A stretch of 64,000 bases of DNA from Chiloscyllium plagiosum (GCF_004010195.1 NC_057718.1:103306754-103370753), one strand, 5' to 3'. Shown: positions 12,291-25,250, counted from the first letter of the stretch. A program made the numbers and translations. Notes: generated by a model from the sequence alone, not told the origin.

Positions 12291-12774
12291 ATGTTTAATT
12301 TCTGCCAACTTCTGGACAATTGGCATTGATGAGTTGGGCCGAAGGGCCTGTTTCTCTCAGACTCAATTCTGTCCATCAAAGCCCGCCATTCTGGGATATC
12401 CCCAGCAATTCCAGCTTTAATGACCTCAGAGTAGAAGTTAGTGACAATGTTTGTTCAATCAGCAGTGGAGAAGCATGCAGTGTTGATACATACCACAGCC
12501 CATCCTAACTTTCATCCCCCTTCCACCCTCGTAACTCACACCCTGTCCAGCCTCAGCTATAATCAGGTGGCTTTGCTTTCATTTATCTAGATTCAATCTA
12601 AGTCTAACCTCACCCTATTGCATGTTTTGCAAGTCTTTACAAGAAGGTGGATTTTATATCGGTTATAAAAATGCAATTTTTTTTTATCCTCATGCTGAGC
12701 AATGGTAAATGGTGAATATAAGGGCACAAGCTGACAAGCCAATTTACACACAATACTTCTCTGTTTTTTTTTTA

Positions 12775-13090
12775 TTCATTTTAGGATGTGACAGTCACTG
12801 GATAGGCCAGCATTTATCCCCCAGAGGACAGTTAAGAGTCAATCATGTCACTGTGGGTCTGGAGTCACATGTAGACCAGACCAGACTGGAGAGCAGTTTC
12901 CTTCCCCAAAGACCATTAGTGAACCAGAGGGGGTTTTCCTATAATCCACAATGATTATATGGTCATCATTAGACTCTCAATTCCAGACTTTTGTTGAATT
13001 TTAAGTGATGCCATGGTGGGACTTGAACGCAGGTCCCCAGAACATTATCTGGTCTCTGCATTAATGGTATTAGCGATAAATAGCCATCAA
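12775..13090 (-). mobile_element. SINE family 2, near full length
   Basis: Reverse complement of the 41780-42113 consensus. Confidence 0.75.
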
Positions 13091-13410
13091 CCACCCCGTT
13101 TTCATTGGGATCCTGAGGTGCAAAGAGCTGCTTCTTTCTCTGAATCACCCTTCACTGGAGCAGGAAAAGGCATCTCCTGTCATTCATCACAGACTGAGAT
13201 TATTTTGTCCAGATTCTTCATTTGGATTAACAGAAACCTTAAACGCTTTGCACCCCAAGTTAAAATGAATTCAAAAAAAGTCATGCACACAGATTATGCT
13301 TCCTATCTATCACTCTTGAATGATAGTGACATCAATTGTCTGCCTGTGAACATTCTATTAAAAAGAAACAACTTGCATTTATTGAACTTACATCACACCA
13401 CTGAAAAGAA

Positions 13411-13634
13411 ATGATTCGGAGATGCCGGTGTTGGGCTGGGGTGTACAAAGTTAAAAATCACAAAACACTAGGTTATAGTCCAACAGGTTTAATTGGAAGA
13501 ACTAGCACTTGGAATGCTGCTCCTTCATCAGGTAGCTGTGCACCACAACCACCAGATGAAGGAGCGTCGCTCCGAAAGCTAGTGCTTCCAATTAAACCTG
13601 TTGGACTGTAACCTGGTGTTGTGTGATTTTTAAC
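13411..13634. mobile_element. PLE family B fold-back element with a mutated hammerhead motif on each strand
   Basis: gttaaaaatcac..ggttatagtccaacagg / cctgttggactgtaacc..gtgatttttaac; TSD actgaaaag(a/c)aat at 13400 and 13633. Confidence 0.85.
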
Positions 13635-13898
13635 TGAAAAGCAATTAAAGGTTATGGTGAGCGGGCGGGTAAGTGGAGCTGGGTCCATGAAAAGTTCAGC
13701 CATGATCTTATTGAGTGGTGGAGCAGGTTCCAGAGGCCAGATGGCCTACTCCTGCTCCTAGTTCTTACGTTCACACTGACTGCAATGGTTCAAGGAGGCA
13801 GCTGACCACCACTTTCTGAAGGGTGATTAGGGATGGGCAATAAATGCTGGCCAGTCATCAATCCCCACATCCTGTGGATTGTGGATCTTTTTAAAAAC

Positions 13899-14222
13899 AT
13901 GATTTGAAGATGCCGGTGTTGGACTGGGGTATACAAAGTTAAAAATCACACAACACCAGGTTATAGTCCAACAGGTTTAATTGGAAGCACACTAGCTTTC
14001 AGAGCGACGCTCCTTCATCAGGTGATTGTGGAGGGCTCGATCATAACACAGAATTTATAGCAAAAATTTGCAGTGTGATGTAACTGAAATTATACATTGA
14101 AGAATTGATTGTCTGTTAAGCCTTTCATCTGTTAGAATACAGTGATAGTTTCACTGTATTCTAACTGTATTCTATCTGTATCACCTTTTGGACTATAACC
14201 TGGTGTTGTGTGATTTTTAACT
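13899..14222 (-). mobile_element. PLE family B element with short inverted arm
   Basis: Same terminus atgatttgaagatgccggtgttggac; TSD ctttttaaaaaca (13887 / 14221); hammerhead at 13989-14026 on minus strand. Confidence 0.85.
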
Positions 14223-15182
14223 TTTTAAAAACAATGTACCCTTAATTCAACTGAAATATCCCAAGTGCTTCTCATGAGCAACCATTAAACAAAATTTGAC
14301 AACAAGCCACAGAAAGGGATATTTGAGCTGTTGATCAAAAGCTTGGTCAAAGAGTTAGGTTTGTACTTTGTAAAGTTTGAGCTGACTCGAGCGATTATTA
14401 TGATAAATTTAAAATGTGGTGTGTATGAAACAATCAGTCCCCTTTGTTTATGTGTGTATGAAAGCTTGTAGCTGGAAGACAAAGCAGAGATTAATGTTTA
14501 ACTCTCTAATTTACTAGATAGACCTAGCCATTCAAATGACAACTCAAACTCTCCGAATATAAATTTGTACGACAAAAGCAATACAGCTAAAATGATTACC
14601 CTCACAACAAGCGCTGAATAACAACTGAGAACAAAATTAAAAATGTCCAAACTGTCATCAGATTTTTAGTTTGCACAGCAATAGAATTAACACAGGATGA
14701 TTCACAACCCCATACTGAGTTTATAAAAACATTGATGCAGTTCATCAGAGTAACAGACTGATGGAACTCTAGGGAGTATTTGAGGCAGGAAGTCAGGTTT
14801 TGGAATGATGCTAATGCAATTATTCCTTCCCTTTAAGACAAACAGTCAGATGAATTGCAACAAATTACTTCTCGATACAATGAAAGATACTGTGTTTCCT
14901 TCTGATAGGTTACCAAAATAAACAAAGGTGTCAAACAGCCAAATTTGAATAAACTGTAATGCAGGAAATTTCCAATCCAGGAAATTTTGATCAGGCACAG
15001 AATTGCCGATCATGCATTCTCCAAAAAAAACTATTAAAGATATCAACATGTGATAGCTGACTGTTGAGATGTTAGTTTAAGCATTTCACCAACATATTGT
15101 TTTGTTCACATTTAGCACAACTCTTTGCTGTTGTGTTCAATAATTCTACTCATGATATCCTTGCTTGTTCTGTGCTTTCAAG

Positions 15183-15353
15183 GCAATGAATGCTTGCACC
15201 CCCAAGTCACTATTGATCCATGCCATCCAATCATTGACACCTCCCTGGGATTGCGGATGAGCGGATTGGTCTTCGATATGATAGAGATGACTGACAGGTC
15301 CTGTGTATGTCCTCAGATTCTGTCACATTGTATGGTGCTGGAGCTGACTAGAG
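15183..15353 (+). other. Candidate 171-nt exon (phase 1-1)
   Basis: tgtgctttcaag|GCAATG...CTAGAG|gtgagt; open reading NECLHPQVTIDPCHP...LELTR; no recognised homology. Confidence 0.25.
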
Positions 15354-15467
15354 GTGAGTGCACCACCTCCAATGGCTCAAGACTTTGTGTCTACTGACAA
15401 ACTCTGTCATGGTAAAGGGCTTTCCCAGACAAGCCTCGTCTATTTTATCAGCACTCCCAACAGTACA

Positions 15468-16610
15468 ATATTCCCCAGGGACAGTATTCCCCAGGGAAAG
15501 TGTTCCCCAGGGTCAGTATTCCCCAGGATCAGTATTTCCCAGGGTCAGTATTCCCCAAGGTCAGCATTTCCCAGGGTCAGCATTCCTCGGGGTCAGTATT
15601 CCCCAGGATCAGTATTCCCCAGGGTCAGCATTCCCCAGGAGAAAGTGAGGACTGCAGATGCTGGAGACCAGAGTTAAAACGTGTGGTGCTGGAAAAGCGC
15701 AGCAGGCCAGGCAGCATCCGAGGAGCAGGAGATTTTTGGCCAGGCAGCATCCTGCTCCTCGGATGCTGCCTGGCCTGCTGCGCTTTTCCAGCACCACATG
15801 TTTCAACTCAGTATTCCCCAGGATCAGTAATCCCCAGGGTCAGCATTTCCCAGGGTCAGAATTCCCTGGGGTCAGCATTCCCCAGAGTCAGCATTCCTCG
15901 GGGTCAGTATTCTCCAGAGTTAGTATTCCCCAGGGTCAGCATTTCCCAGAGTCAGCATTCCTCGGGATCAGCATTTCCCAGGGTCAGTATTCCCCAGGGT
16001 CAGTAATCCCCAAGGTCAGCATTTCCCAGGGTCAGTATTCCCGAGGTCAGCATTCCCCAGGGTCAGCATTCCCCTGGGTCAATAATCCCCAGAGTCAGCA
16101 TTCCTCGGGGTCAGTATTCTCCAGAGTCAGTATTCCCCAGGGTCAGCATTTCCCAGGGTCAGTATTCCCCATGGTCAGTATTCCCCAGGTTCAGTATTTT
16201 CCAGGTTCAGTATTCCCCAGGGTCAGTATCCTCCAGGGTCAGTAATCCCCAGGGTCAGTGTTCCCCATGGTCAGTAATCCCCATGGTCAGTAATCCCCAG
16301 GGTCAGTATTCCCCAGGGTCAGTGTTCCCCTGGTCAGTATTCCCCAGGGACGGTGTTCCCCAGGGTCAGTATTCCCCAGGTTCAGTATTCCCCAGGTTGA
16401 GTATCCCCCATGGTCAATATTCCCCAAGGTCAGTAATCCCCAGGGTCAGTATTCCCCAGGGTCAGTAATCCCCAGGGTCAGTATTCCCCAGGGTCAGTAT
16501 TTCTCATGGTCAGTAATCCCCAGGGCCAGTATTCTCCATGGTCAGTATTCCCTGGGGTCAGTAATCCCCACGGTCAGTATTCCCCGGGGTCAGTATTTCC
16601 TGGGGTCAAC
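15468..16610. repeat. 17-bp minisatellite (CAGGGTCAGTATTCCCC)n
   Basis: Roughly 55-60 diverged tandem units, interrupted at 15639-15808. Confidence 0.95.
15639..15808. mobile_element. PLE family A fold-back element inserted in the minisatellite (hammerhead absent)
   Basis: gagaaagtgaggactgcagatg terminus and inverted arms. Confidence 0.85.
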
Positions 16611-16829
16611 ACTTGAACTCTCAGCCAGGAATGTGTGTTACGGTATAATATATTGTGTTATTAGAAATACCTGCCATGGACTTGGGACTGATCATTTGGG
16701 CAAAAGCCACGTTTACAGGCTAAAAAATACCAATGAAAGGCAATTGATGGGACAAATTTGTTTCAAAAAGGTGCAATGCAGTTAATGTTGTATTTGAATA
16801 TGGGTTGTAGGTGCCATTGGTTGGGTTAG

Positions 16830-17025
16830 TATTTATTGCCCTGTCCCTAGTTTCCCATTGAGAAGATGGGGGTGAGCTGTCTTCTTGAACTGCTGCAGTC
16901 CACCTGCTGTGGGTTGACCCACAATGCCCTTAGGGAGAGAATTCCAGGATTTTGACCCAGTGACAGTGAAGAAATGGCGATATATTTCCAAGTTAGGATG
17001 GTGAGTGGCTTGGAGGGGAACTTGC
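16830..17025 (-). mobile_element. L2-group LINE 3' end
   Basis: ORF 16833..17027 RHFFTVTGSKSWNSLP...FKKTAHPHLL resembles the L2/CR1 ORF2 C-terminal WNSLP motif. Confidence 0.75.
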
Positions 17026-17908
17026 AAAGAGTGAGAGACATTTGTGAGACAGCGTTGTGGCAGATCATCAGCAGGCCAACGGTATCACAGCACACAGATG
17101 CGACCAAGTGACTAAAGGGAAGGTCCCCATGTTGTCAAAATGTCTCACCATTAGTTAGAAGAACTTTAACTTCTGTCCATTTTTGACTCGGGCACTGTGC
17201 AATAGTGTACATCAGACTAGGATCACCCATATCACATCAATATTGAAATGGTGTTCAATGTCTCTGCAGTCCTTTGACAAACTCGCTTGGACGATCAGTG
17301 GGCCATCCATAGGGGGCAAGGGGGCTTTCCCCTCAGCCTGCTGCCTCTGTAAAACTGCATTGTGAGTTGGAGACCGAGGGAATGCACTGAGTGAATTATT
17401 TTCAAATCAATCAGACATCACTACTCAATTCTAGCGACCATTGAAAATCCCACATTACTCTTCTCACTCATATTCGGTGCTAACCACAAACAGTTCAACT
17501 TCTATCACAACCTCTGACAAGCCAGTGAAAAATGTATCTGTTGTAAAACACAGTAGGAAATAAATAAATCCCACAAGATATCCTTTTGTCTTGGGGTCCG
17601 TGTGCCAGAGTTCCTTGGTCCCGCGTTACATTTCTGAACCTGTTAGAGATATCAGTCTATCACAGATGTTTCCTTGATAAGTGAGCTATATCCTGTCATT
17701 ATCCAAGGTTAAAGCAGCACTTAAATTATCAGGGACCTTGTGAACATGTGAAGCCAATGGCACTGAAAGAGACAATTCAAATGACCTTCAATGCCAGACG
17801 CTAATCTCAAACTCCTGCTGATGCCAAGTAGTTAGGAGTGTACATCAAGGTCCATCAAGATCTCCCTAGGTCAGTCGGTTCTAAAAGAGTTTTATATTCC
17901 TTAATCAT

Positions 17909-18062
17909 ATGATTTGGAGATGCCGGTGTTGGACTGGGGTGTACAAAGTTAAAAATCACACCACACCAGGTTATAGTCCAACAGGTTTTATTGGAAGCAC
18001 TAACTTTCAATAGCTCCAATTAAACCTGTTGGACTATAACCTGGTGTTGTATGATTTTTAAC
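17909..18062. mobile_element. PLE family B fold-back element
   Basis: Inverted arms; TSD ctt(a/g)atcatatga (17900 / 18062). Confidence 0.85.
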
Positions 18063-18192
18063 TTGATCATATGAGGTGGCAATAGAAGAGGTTACTTCTT
18101 CAGTAGGGTCGGATCGTTCCTTCAATCAAAAAGCCACACTTACATTTTCTTTCTCCTTTTATGAGATTATCATGGTTGGCCCAGCACTGATT

Positions 18193-18669
18193 CTGGATTA
18201 GTGGTGCTGAAAGAGCACAGCAGTTCAGGCAGCATCCAAGGAGCTTCGAAATCGACATTTCGGGCAAAATCCCTTCATCAGGAATAAAGGCAGAGAGCCT
18301 GAAGCATGGAGAGATAAGCTAGGGGAGGGTGGGGAGAAAGTAGCATAGAGTACAATAGGTGAATGGGGGAGGGGATGAAGGTGATAGGTCAGGGAGGAGA
18401 AAGTGAGGTCTGCAGACACTGGAGATCAAAGTTGAAACTTTATTGCTGGAACAGCACAGCAGGTCAGGCAGCATCCAGGGAACAGGAGATTCGACGTTTC
18501 GGGCACAGGCCCTTCTTCAGATAGGTCAGGGAGGACAGGGTGGAGTGGATAGGTGGAAAAGGAGATAGGCAGGTAGGACAAGTCCGGACAAGTCATGGGG
18601 ACAGTGCTGAGCTGAAAGTTTGGAACTAGGGTGAGGTGGGGGAAGGGGAAATGAGGAAACTGGTGAAGT
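18193..18669 (-). mobile_element. PLE family A-related 3' end with a nested family A insertion (18396-18520), within a family-2 SINE
   Basis: Outer TSD ccagcactgatt (18181 / 18670); inner TSD gataggtcagggagga (18383 / 18520); hammerhead motifs on minus strand at about 18250-18285 and 18490-18520. Confidence 0.8.
18488..18520 (-). ncRNA. Minimal hammerhead ribozyme core (family A)
   Basis: Reverse complement CTGAAGA-a-gggc/ctgt/gccc-GAAAC-GTC-gaat. Confidence 0.7.
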
Positions 18670-19819
18670 CCAGCACTGATTGTCCATCACTAACTGCACC
18701 TGAAATGCCAGGCTTGCTCAGCTGTTTCAGAGGCAAACTTAGAATTAGCCACATCTGGATCCCTCATCTCGGCCAGTGGGTAAGAATTGCAGATTGCTTT
18801 CCCAAAAGGGCATTAATAAGCCAGTTAGGATTTTACAATAATTGAGAGTTGGCCACCATTATATGGTCACCATGCTTTTAATCAAATGCCGTCAACCCTC
18901 ATGGAGAGATTAGAACCCCTGTACCCAGGACATAGAAACATAGAAAATAAGAATGGGAGTAGGCCACTCAGCCCATCAAACCTGCTCTGCCTTTCATCGC
19001 TGGCTATTGATTACCAGAGCGAAGTTAAGAGTCAACCAGTGGTGTGGGCCTGGAGTCACATGTACACAGACTGGGTAAGGATGAACAGGTCTCTTCCCCT
19101 AAAAGCAGGTGAATGAACAGATTTTTTACAACGGTTGATAATGGTTACATGGTCGGCTTTTATTCCAGAAGCAGAGGCAAGAGTGTGAATTACCAGATCA
19201 GCCATGGTCTTATCAAATGGTGTTGAAGGTTTGATGGGCTGACTGGCCTACCTCTGCTGCTATAGTCCTCAGCTACAACCCAAAAAGAGGTCACATGGTT
19301 GAAGGCTTTGTTTCTGGTACCATATGTGTAAGGTTGAACCAACCACTGGAGACATATGGCAGTATTTTGCTGAACTCTCGGATTCAGAACTGAACTCAGA
19401 CTGGAAACAATTAAGTTGAAACCTCCTGAAACATGTTTACTAATCTTGAAGATGCATATTTCCTTGATTTGTTCAAATGGCTAATCTTTATTCTGATTAA
19501 GCAATTGAGTCCAAAATTGTTCATATCACACTTAGAAAAAAACGCATCAACAATCCTTAATGTCAGCACATGATCTTGCATGTCTCCCTCATGAATATTA
19601 CTGTCATTAAAATAGCCCCTTGTTAAATAGCAGTGTTTCTAGTAATGGGATGGGCTAGACTTTTGAGTCCAGTTTCTTTGTTGTTAGTCCAGGTTTCATA
19701 GCAGTCTTGCCCTCCTGGATTTCCCACTGTCCACCCTTAATACAAGGGGTATCATTAACACACTACAAGATCTTTAATGGGGCTCATTCTCCAGACAGTT
19801 TTGACATCTTGCTATAGAC

Positions 19820-20870
19820 GCAAACTTGCATTCATATAGCATCTTTCAAAACTTCACAACACCCCAAAGCACTGCCGATTAAGTATTTTCTTTAAGTGTA
19901 GTCACTGTTGTAATCCAGAGAAGCCAATTTTCACACAAGTTTCTACGAACAGCAATGAGCAAATGAGCATGGAGGGGTTCCAATCCCTCCATGGGAGTTT
20001 ATGGCATTTGATTAAAAACATGGTGACCATATAATGGTGACCAGCCCTCAATTATTGTAAACCAAACCTGAGTCTTTTTTTCAGGGATGATTATAGGCTG
20101 GGGTTAACTGCCACCCATCATTTTCCATTAACAGAGAGGCCTCAGCTAAATATTTCTTGCCATGCCTTCATTGCTCAGTCCTTTGAGTATAGGAGTTGGG
20201 GGCGTCATGTTGAGGCTGTACAGGACATTAGTGAGGCCTCTTCTGGAGCACTGTGTCCAGTTCGGGTCACCTGGCTATAGGAAGGATATTATTCAATTGG
20301 AGATGGTTCAGAAAATATTGTTGCCAGGAATGGAAGGATTGAGTTATAAGGAGAGGCCGGACAGGCTGGGACCTTCTTCACTGGAGCACAGGAGGTTGAG
20401 GGGTGACCTTTAGAGGTTCATAAAATCATGAGGATGAAGAGCAAGGGTTTTTTGCCTAAGGCAGGGGAATTCAAAATTAAGGGGGTATTTTTTAAGGTAA
20501 GAGGAGAAAGATTTAAAGAGGACCTGAGGGGCAACTGTTTTACACAGAGAGTGATTCATGCGCGGAAGGAACTGCTAGAGGAAGTGGTGGATATGATTAC
20601 AGATACAGGGTTTTAAAGACATTTGGATAAGTACATGAATAGGAAAGGTTTGGAGGAGGAGACACCAAGCACAGGCAGGTGGGACTAGTTTAAGGAACAT
20701 GGTCAGTGTGGACGAGTTGGACCGAAAGGCCTTTTTCTGTGCTGTATGACTCTCTGATTCTAAGACTCCTTGAGCTTTGCTGGTGTAGCACTCCATCAGA
20801 ATGTATTGGAACGTCAGCCTAGACTTTCACCTGGGTTACAGAAATGGGCTGAAATCCACAATGACAATTG
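19820..20870 (-). mobile_element. DeuSINE-like (SacSINE1/AmnSINE-type) element split by a CR1 insertion
   Basis: aaacttgcattcatatagcatctttc...aagtgtagtcactgttgtaat and tagcactccatcag...cagcctagact are reverse complements of the family at 28380; family name assigned from memory of the consensus. Confidence 0.5.
20180..20765 (+). mobile_element. CR1/HER1-like LINE 3' fragment
   Basis: ORFs LYRTLVRPLLEHCVQF..., LEHRRLRGDL, RGERFKEDLRGNCFTQRV; tatgactct tail. Confidence 0.9.
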
Positions 20871-20926
20871 AAACTTTTATGTCTCATTGCTCCTGAGGAC
20901 ATTTCGATTCTACTTTGCATCATCAT

Positions 20927-21248
20927 GGGTGGCACATTGGCTCAGTGGTTAGCACTGCTGTCTCATAGTACCAAGGTCCCAGGTTCGATTCCAGCCTCGG
21001 GTGACTGTCTGTGTGGAGTTTGCACATTCTCCCCGTGTCTGCGTGGGTTTCCTCCAGGTGCTCCGGTTTCCTCCACAGGCCAAAGATGTGCAGGTCAGGT
21101 GAATTGGCCATGCTAAATTGCCCATAGTGTTAGGCGCATTAGTCAGAGGGAAATGGATGTGGGTGGGTTATTCTTCGGAGGGTCGGTGTAGACTGGTTGG
21201 GGTGAAGGGCCTGTTTCCACACTGTAGGGAATCTAATCTAATCTAATA
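20927..21248 (+). mobile_element. HE1-type V-SINE
   Basis: A and B boxes, V-domain, (aatct)n tail. Confidence 0.9.
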
Positions 21249-21799
21249 TATAAAATTCAACAGGGTATAGAGTGAGACAGACAGACACTGGGGAACAGGC
21301 ATCGACATCACTCAACTGGCAAAGTTATATAGGATGGCGATAAAGACAAAGATAATGGTGTGGACATAGAAACAACAAGAGGCCATTCAGCCTTTCAAGT
21401 CTGTTCTGCCATTCATTTCTATCATGATTAATTTGCATCTCAACTCCAGTGTCTTGTTAAAAGATTTTGATACATTAACATAAATAACTTTTAAAAGGAC
21501 AGTGATATAAAACTGAGGGCATCTGGAAGTCCACAGTCTTAAGTCTGAGTGTGGAATGATGCTGTTCAGCCCATGTCAGCAGCTTCCTGCTTTCCTGTGA
21601 TTGGTGAACAGTATCCAGGCAAAGACTGGAAGAAGAACCTTCAGTAAGGATAATCTCTATGACATCATCTCTCCTGTAACTGCCCCCACACCCCACCCCC
21701 ACCCCCACCCCCAGTGTTCCCTCCCCACTCCCCACCCCTGAAGGAAGCACTTGCCAGCTGGGCTGTGTATGATCAAGTTTTAAAATGCACTGTTTAGAA

Positions 21800-22095
21800 G
21801 TGGCCAGCACTGATACCTCACGGGCCAGAGACTCTAGTTCAATTCCCTTGGGGAGTTTGCACATTCTCCCCTCGTCTGTGTGGGTTTCCTCCGGGTGCTC
21901 CCACAATCTAAAGGTGTGCAGGCTTTGGTGGATTGGCCAAGGTAAATTGCCCATAGTGTTCAGGGATGTGTACGTGGGGTGTATTTGCCATGCACAAAGT
22001 GTGGTGTAGTGGGTGGGTCTGGGTGGGATGCTCTTCAGAGGGTCAGTGTGGACTCTATGGGCCAAATGGCCTGCTTCCACAATGTAGGGTTCTAA
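21800..22095 (+). mobile_element. Degenerate HE1-type V-SINE
   Basis: ggagtttgcacattctcccctcgtctgtgtgggtttcctccggg. Confidence 0.8.
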
Positions 22096-22835
22096 CGTGG
22101 ACAAAACCATGTATACCTTTAAATTTCATTTGTATTTCTGCATGTGGGTTAGGAAGACAAGGACTTAGCTTCCTTCTGTGAGTGTTGGGGCATCTGGAAA
22201 TGTATTAGCATGCATTTATACAAATAACCTGAGGTGAATAGCCTACTGCTTTAGAATAGCAAGACTAGAAGAGAGAAAGAAAAACACTGGTGTGAGTAAC
22301 TAGGTACCCTCGAGAGACACAGAGAGAAATAATTTCCCTTCAGAAAAAGAAACTAACCAAAACGCTGGGATTGTGCAGGTTTCTTTAAAATAGTAGCAGG
22401 TCACATCGTGAGAAACAGCCTGAAAGATCAACACTACAGTTCAGCTGTCTGTCTGGGACAATTAGGGGCAGGAGAAAAGAAGGCCTCCGTTGTTTTAATG
22501 ACAATAAAAAAACTCCAGAGTCATAAGGCTGTGGAAGAGTAATTCAAAAAGTCTGTGTTAAGGAATAAGTGAGCTGAGTTAGCATTTTGTTTAAGCATCT
22601 CAAGAAGGGTAAGTGTTGATGTTTGCCCAAAACAGACCAAGTGTGCAAACAGTACAGGTGACTTTGAAATACCGAAGAGTGTCCCTTCACCGAGATTTGA
22701 GTATTTGTATGGTTATTGTTGAGGGTGAAAGAGTTGAATCTTTATTTCTGATATTTGTAATAAAACTATTTCAAATAATTATTGTAAATTATATTGGCAG
22801 CTTACTATGAATATATTCAGTGATTGACTCCATAG

Positions 22836-23469
22836 TGTGATGATGTGGTCACTGTAACAGGTTATTTTGACCTGTTTTTTTTAAGAGAGATTGTAAGGCA
22901 GAGGTATGAGCTGGCTATTGAAGACCACTTGTGTAAACAGCCTGGGGGCCTTGGGTTATTTTTAATGCAGCCTGAATGGGCGTGGCCAGCTCTCACAGAT
23001 CAGGATTTCTGAGTAGCGTCCGAAGCCATTGGGGTCTCAACAGAGCTGGAAGCTTCAGTGAATATCTCGAGGCTGCTACTGATTCTGAATTTTCTTTTGA
23101 TGCTGTTTTTTCCCTCGGGGATTAGAGAACTGCATGTGAGAATCTGAGTCTAAATTATCCTCTTTGCCAAGGACTGTGTTTATGGGATGTTACTATATTG
23201 GATTAATTAATTAGTAATAGTTAATTAATAATAGTTACTGTATCTATAATTCTGTTAAGTTTCCAATAGAGTTAAGTTATTCTAAATTCCTTTTTCTTTT
23301 GTTGTATTTTAACTACAGTGTTTAAAGAAATTATGTTTTGTTTAATGTCGAGTGGTTTGACCATTCACGTTGCATCAGGCACAGGCACTTCACATTTGCC
23401 TTTAAAGTAAGGAAAGTTAGGGTCTAGGTTACCTTTTTGGAATATTTTAAGAGGGTCTGGTCCATAACA
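22836..23469. mobile_element. Solo LTR (probably Gypsy-type)
   Basis: Termini TGTGATG...CATAACA (imperfect inverted repeat, TG..CA); flanked by ATAG / ATAA near-perfect 4-bp TSD. Confidence 0.65.
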
Positions 23470-24789
23470 ATAATAATCAAAGTGCAAAACAAAATCTCAC
23501 AGTCTATCAAGCCAAGGTTTACTCTGGGATCGGATTTTTCCAGGGTTACCACCAGCTGGGACCATACCAATGCCACTTTTCATGGTCATCAACCTGAGCT
23601 TCTGATTGGCCTAAAATGTCAGGTGGTGAGGGAGACCTCAATGACAAGGCTCCTGATTGAGCGAGAAACTCACTGGACAGCACTACGGCATCAATTAGTG
23701 CTTGATACAGGGAATGATCTCACTCATGTGTTGGGGGGTTAGTCACTGTCCTGTAAGTTACCTGCCCCAACACTTGGAACAGAGGTCACTGCATAACAGT
23801 CATTGTAACTGAGCCATAGGCATGATGCTGCCATCTGGACACTGCTAGGTAGTTTTCAAATCATGTAAATAATCAGGTGCCATACTTAGAAACTTGTCTC
23901 ATTGCAGTTGTGTCCTGCAAGGTTATGGGGAAAAGGCTGGGGAATGTCTCTAAATTATGAGACTCGTATGGAGGATTGGTAAATATATAGCAATATGAGC
24001 ATAACAGTCTAGTTCTTTCTCCTTCCTGCTTTTCTAGCCTCCCCTGTATGCCCCCCCCCCCATATTTTTCCAATCACCTCCATTCTGGTCAGGACTGCCT
24101 TCTCCTCACCAAGCTCTGGGGGAAGAGATTATTTCTCTGTTTTTTTTTATTTTGAAAACGGATGAGATAAGCAACCAGTTATTCTGTGTCAATGGTGTTT
24201 AAGGAAGAATTGTTGTCTGCAAAAATAATCTTGATCACAGCTGTTTCCACGCTGTTGAAACTATTCTACTGGAAGTGGAGAGTTCCTTGATGAGGCATAA
24301 CTGAGCTTTCTGTCACATATCTAGCAACGCAAGAGTGAGAGCAATAATGAAGAAATCCTCAGCAAATACCTCTGAGGCTTCTCCCTCATAACTGACGACA
24401 TTCGTAGACAGATAAAGTGCTTAGGTAAGAGCCAGCTGTCAACCTTGGCTTGGAGCTCATACCCTGGCTACTAACACAGACGTCTGTGCAGTCAATCCAC
24501 ACTCCAGACACCGCAGCACGTGCCCTAGGCTCATGTGACAGTACAATACAATCAGTTCGGCAACTTTTCTTCAACGTGAATTGGCTATAACGTGATTGAA
24601 GAATTTAGACCGTTATTTGTAGAATGCCAACTTTACCTGTATTGGCTGTAGCGTGATTCCAGTCATATTGGTTTAAATGGTGCTGCTGTTACGCGACTTC
24701 CTTCTAACACGGTATTGCATGGGTACAGAACTGTTATGTTGTATCAGAACAGACTGTGCTGAGAGAGTGGCACATCGTGGAATCACAAA

Positions 24790-25250
24790 ATCAGAATTAC
24801 ATAAGTATTACAGTGCAGCAAGAGGCCATTCAGCCCATCGTGTCTTCACCTGGTTTCCAAATGAGTCTCAGAATTTAGAGCCATTCTCCCACCTTTCCTT
24901 ATAACCTTGCTCACTTTGCCATCTAGTTAATTATCTATTGCCCCCTCGAATGCCTCAGTTGAACCCTCCTCCAACACACTTCCAGGCATTGCATCCCATC
25001 CTGAGCTACTCCCTGAGTGAAAAGGTCTTTTCCTCATCATTCCTTTGTCTTTTGCAAATCAGTGTGAATCTGTGCTGGCTTGTTCATGATCCTTTTATGA
25101 GAGGGACCAGTTTCCCCCATCTACTCCATCCAGCATGATTTGTAAACTTCCACCAGATCTCCGCTTGGTCTTCTGCGCTCCAAGGAGAAGAGTCCCAAGC
25201 TCTGCAAATCTATCCTCACCACTGAGGTTTCTCATTCCAATAATAATGTG
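24790..25250 (-). mobile_element. Old CR1-type LINE 3' fragment
   Basis: agaggccattcagcccatcgtgtc tail and decayed ORF2 C-terminus on minus strand. Confidence 0.6.

Noticed and set aside
15468..16610. CRISPR-like array or repetitive protein ORFs (168 and 195 aa)
   Set aside because: Units are contiguous with no unique spacers, and there are no cas genes in this vertebrate DNA. ORFs arise from a stop-poor 17-bp period and read through a PLE insertion.
21682..21740. G-quadruplex-forming tract on the minus strand
   Set aside because: Simple C-rich low-complexity sequence, common in such genomes, with no supporting context
23846..23866. miR-196-like start TAGGTAGTTT
   Set aside because: Match ends after about 10 nt and no precursor hairpin is evident
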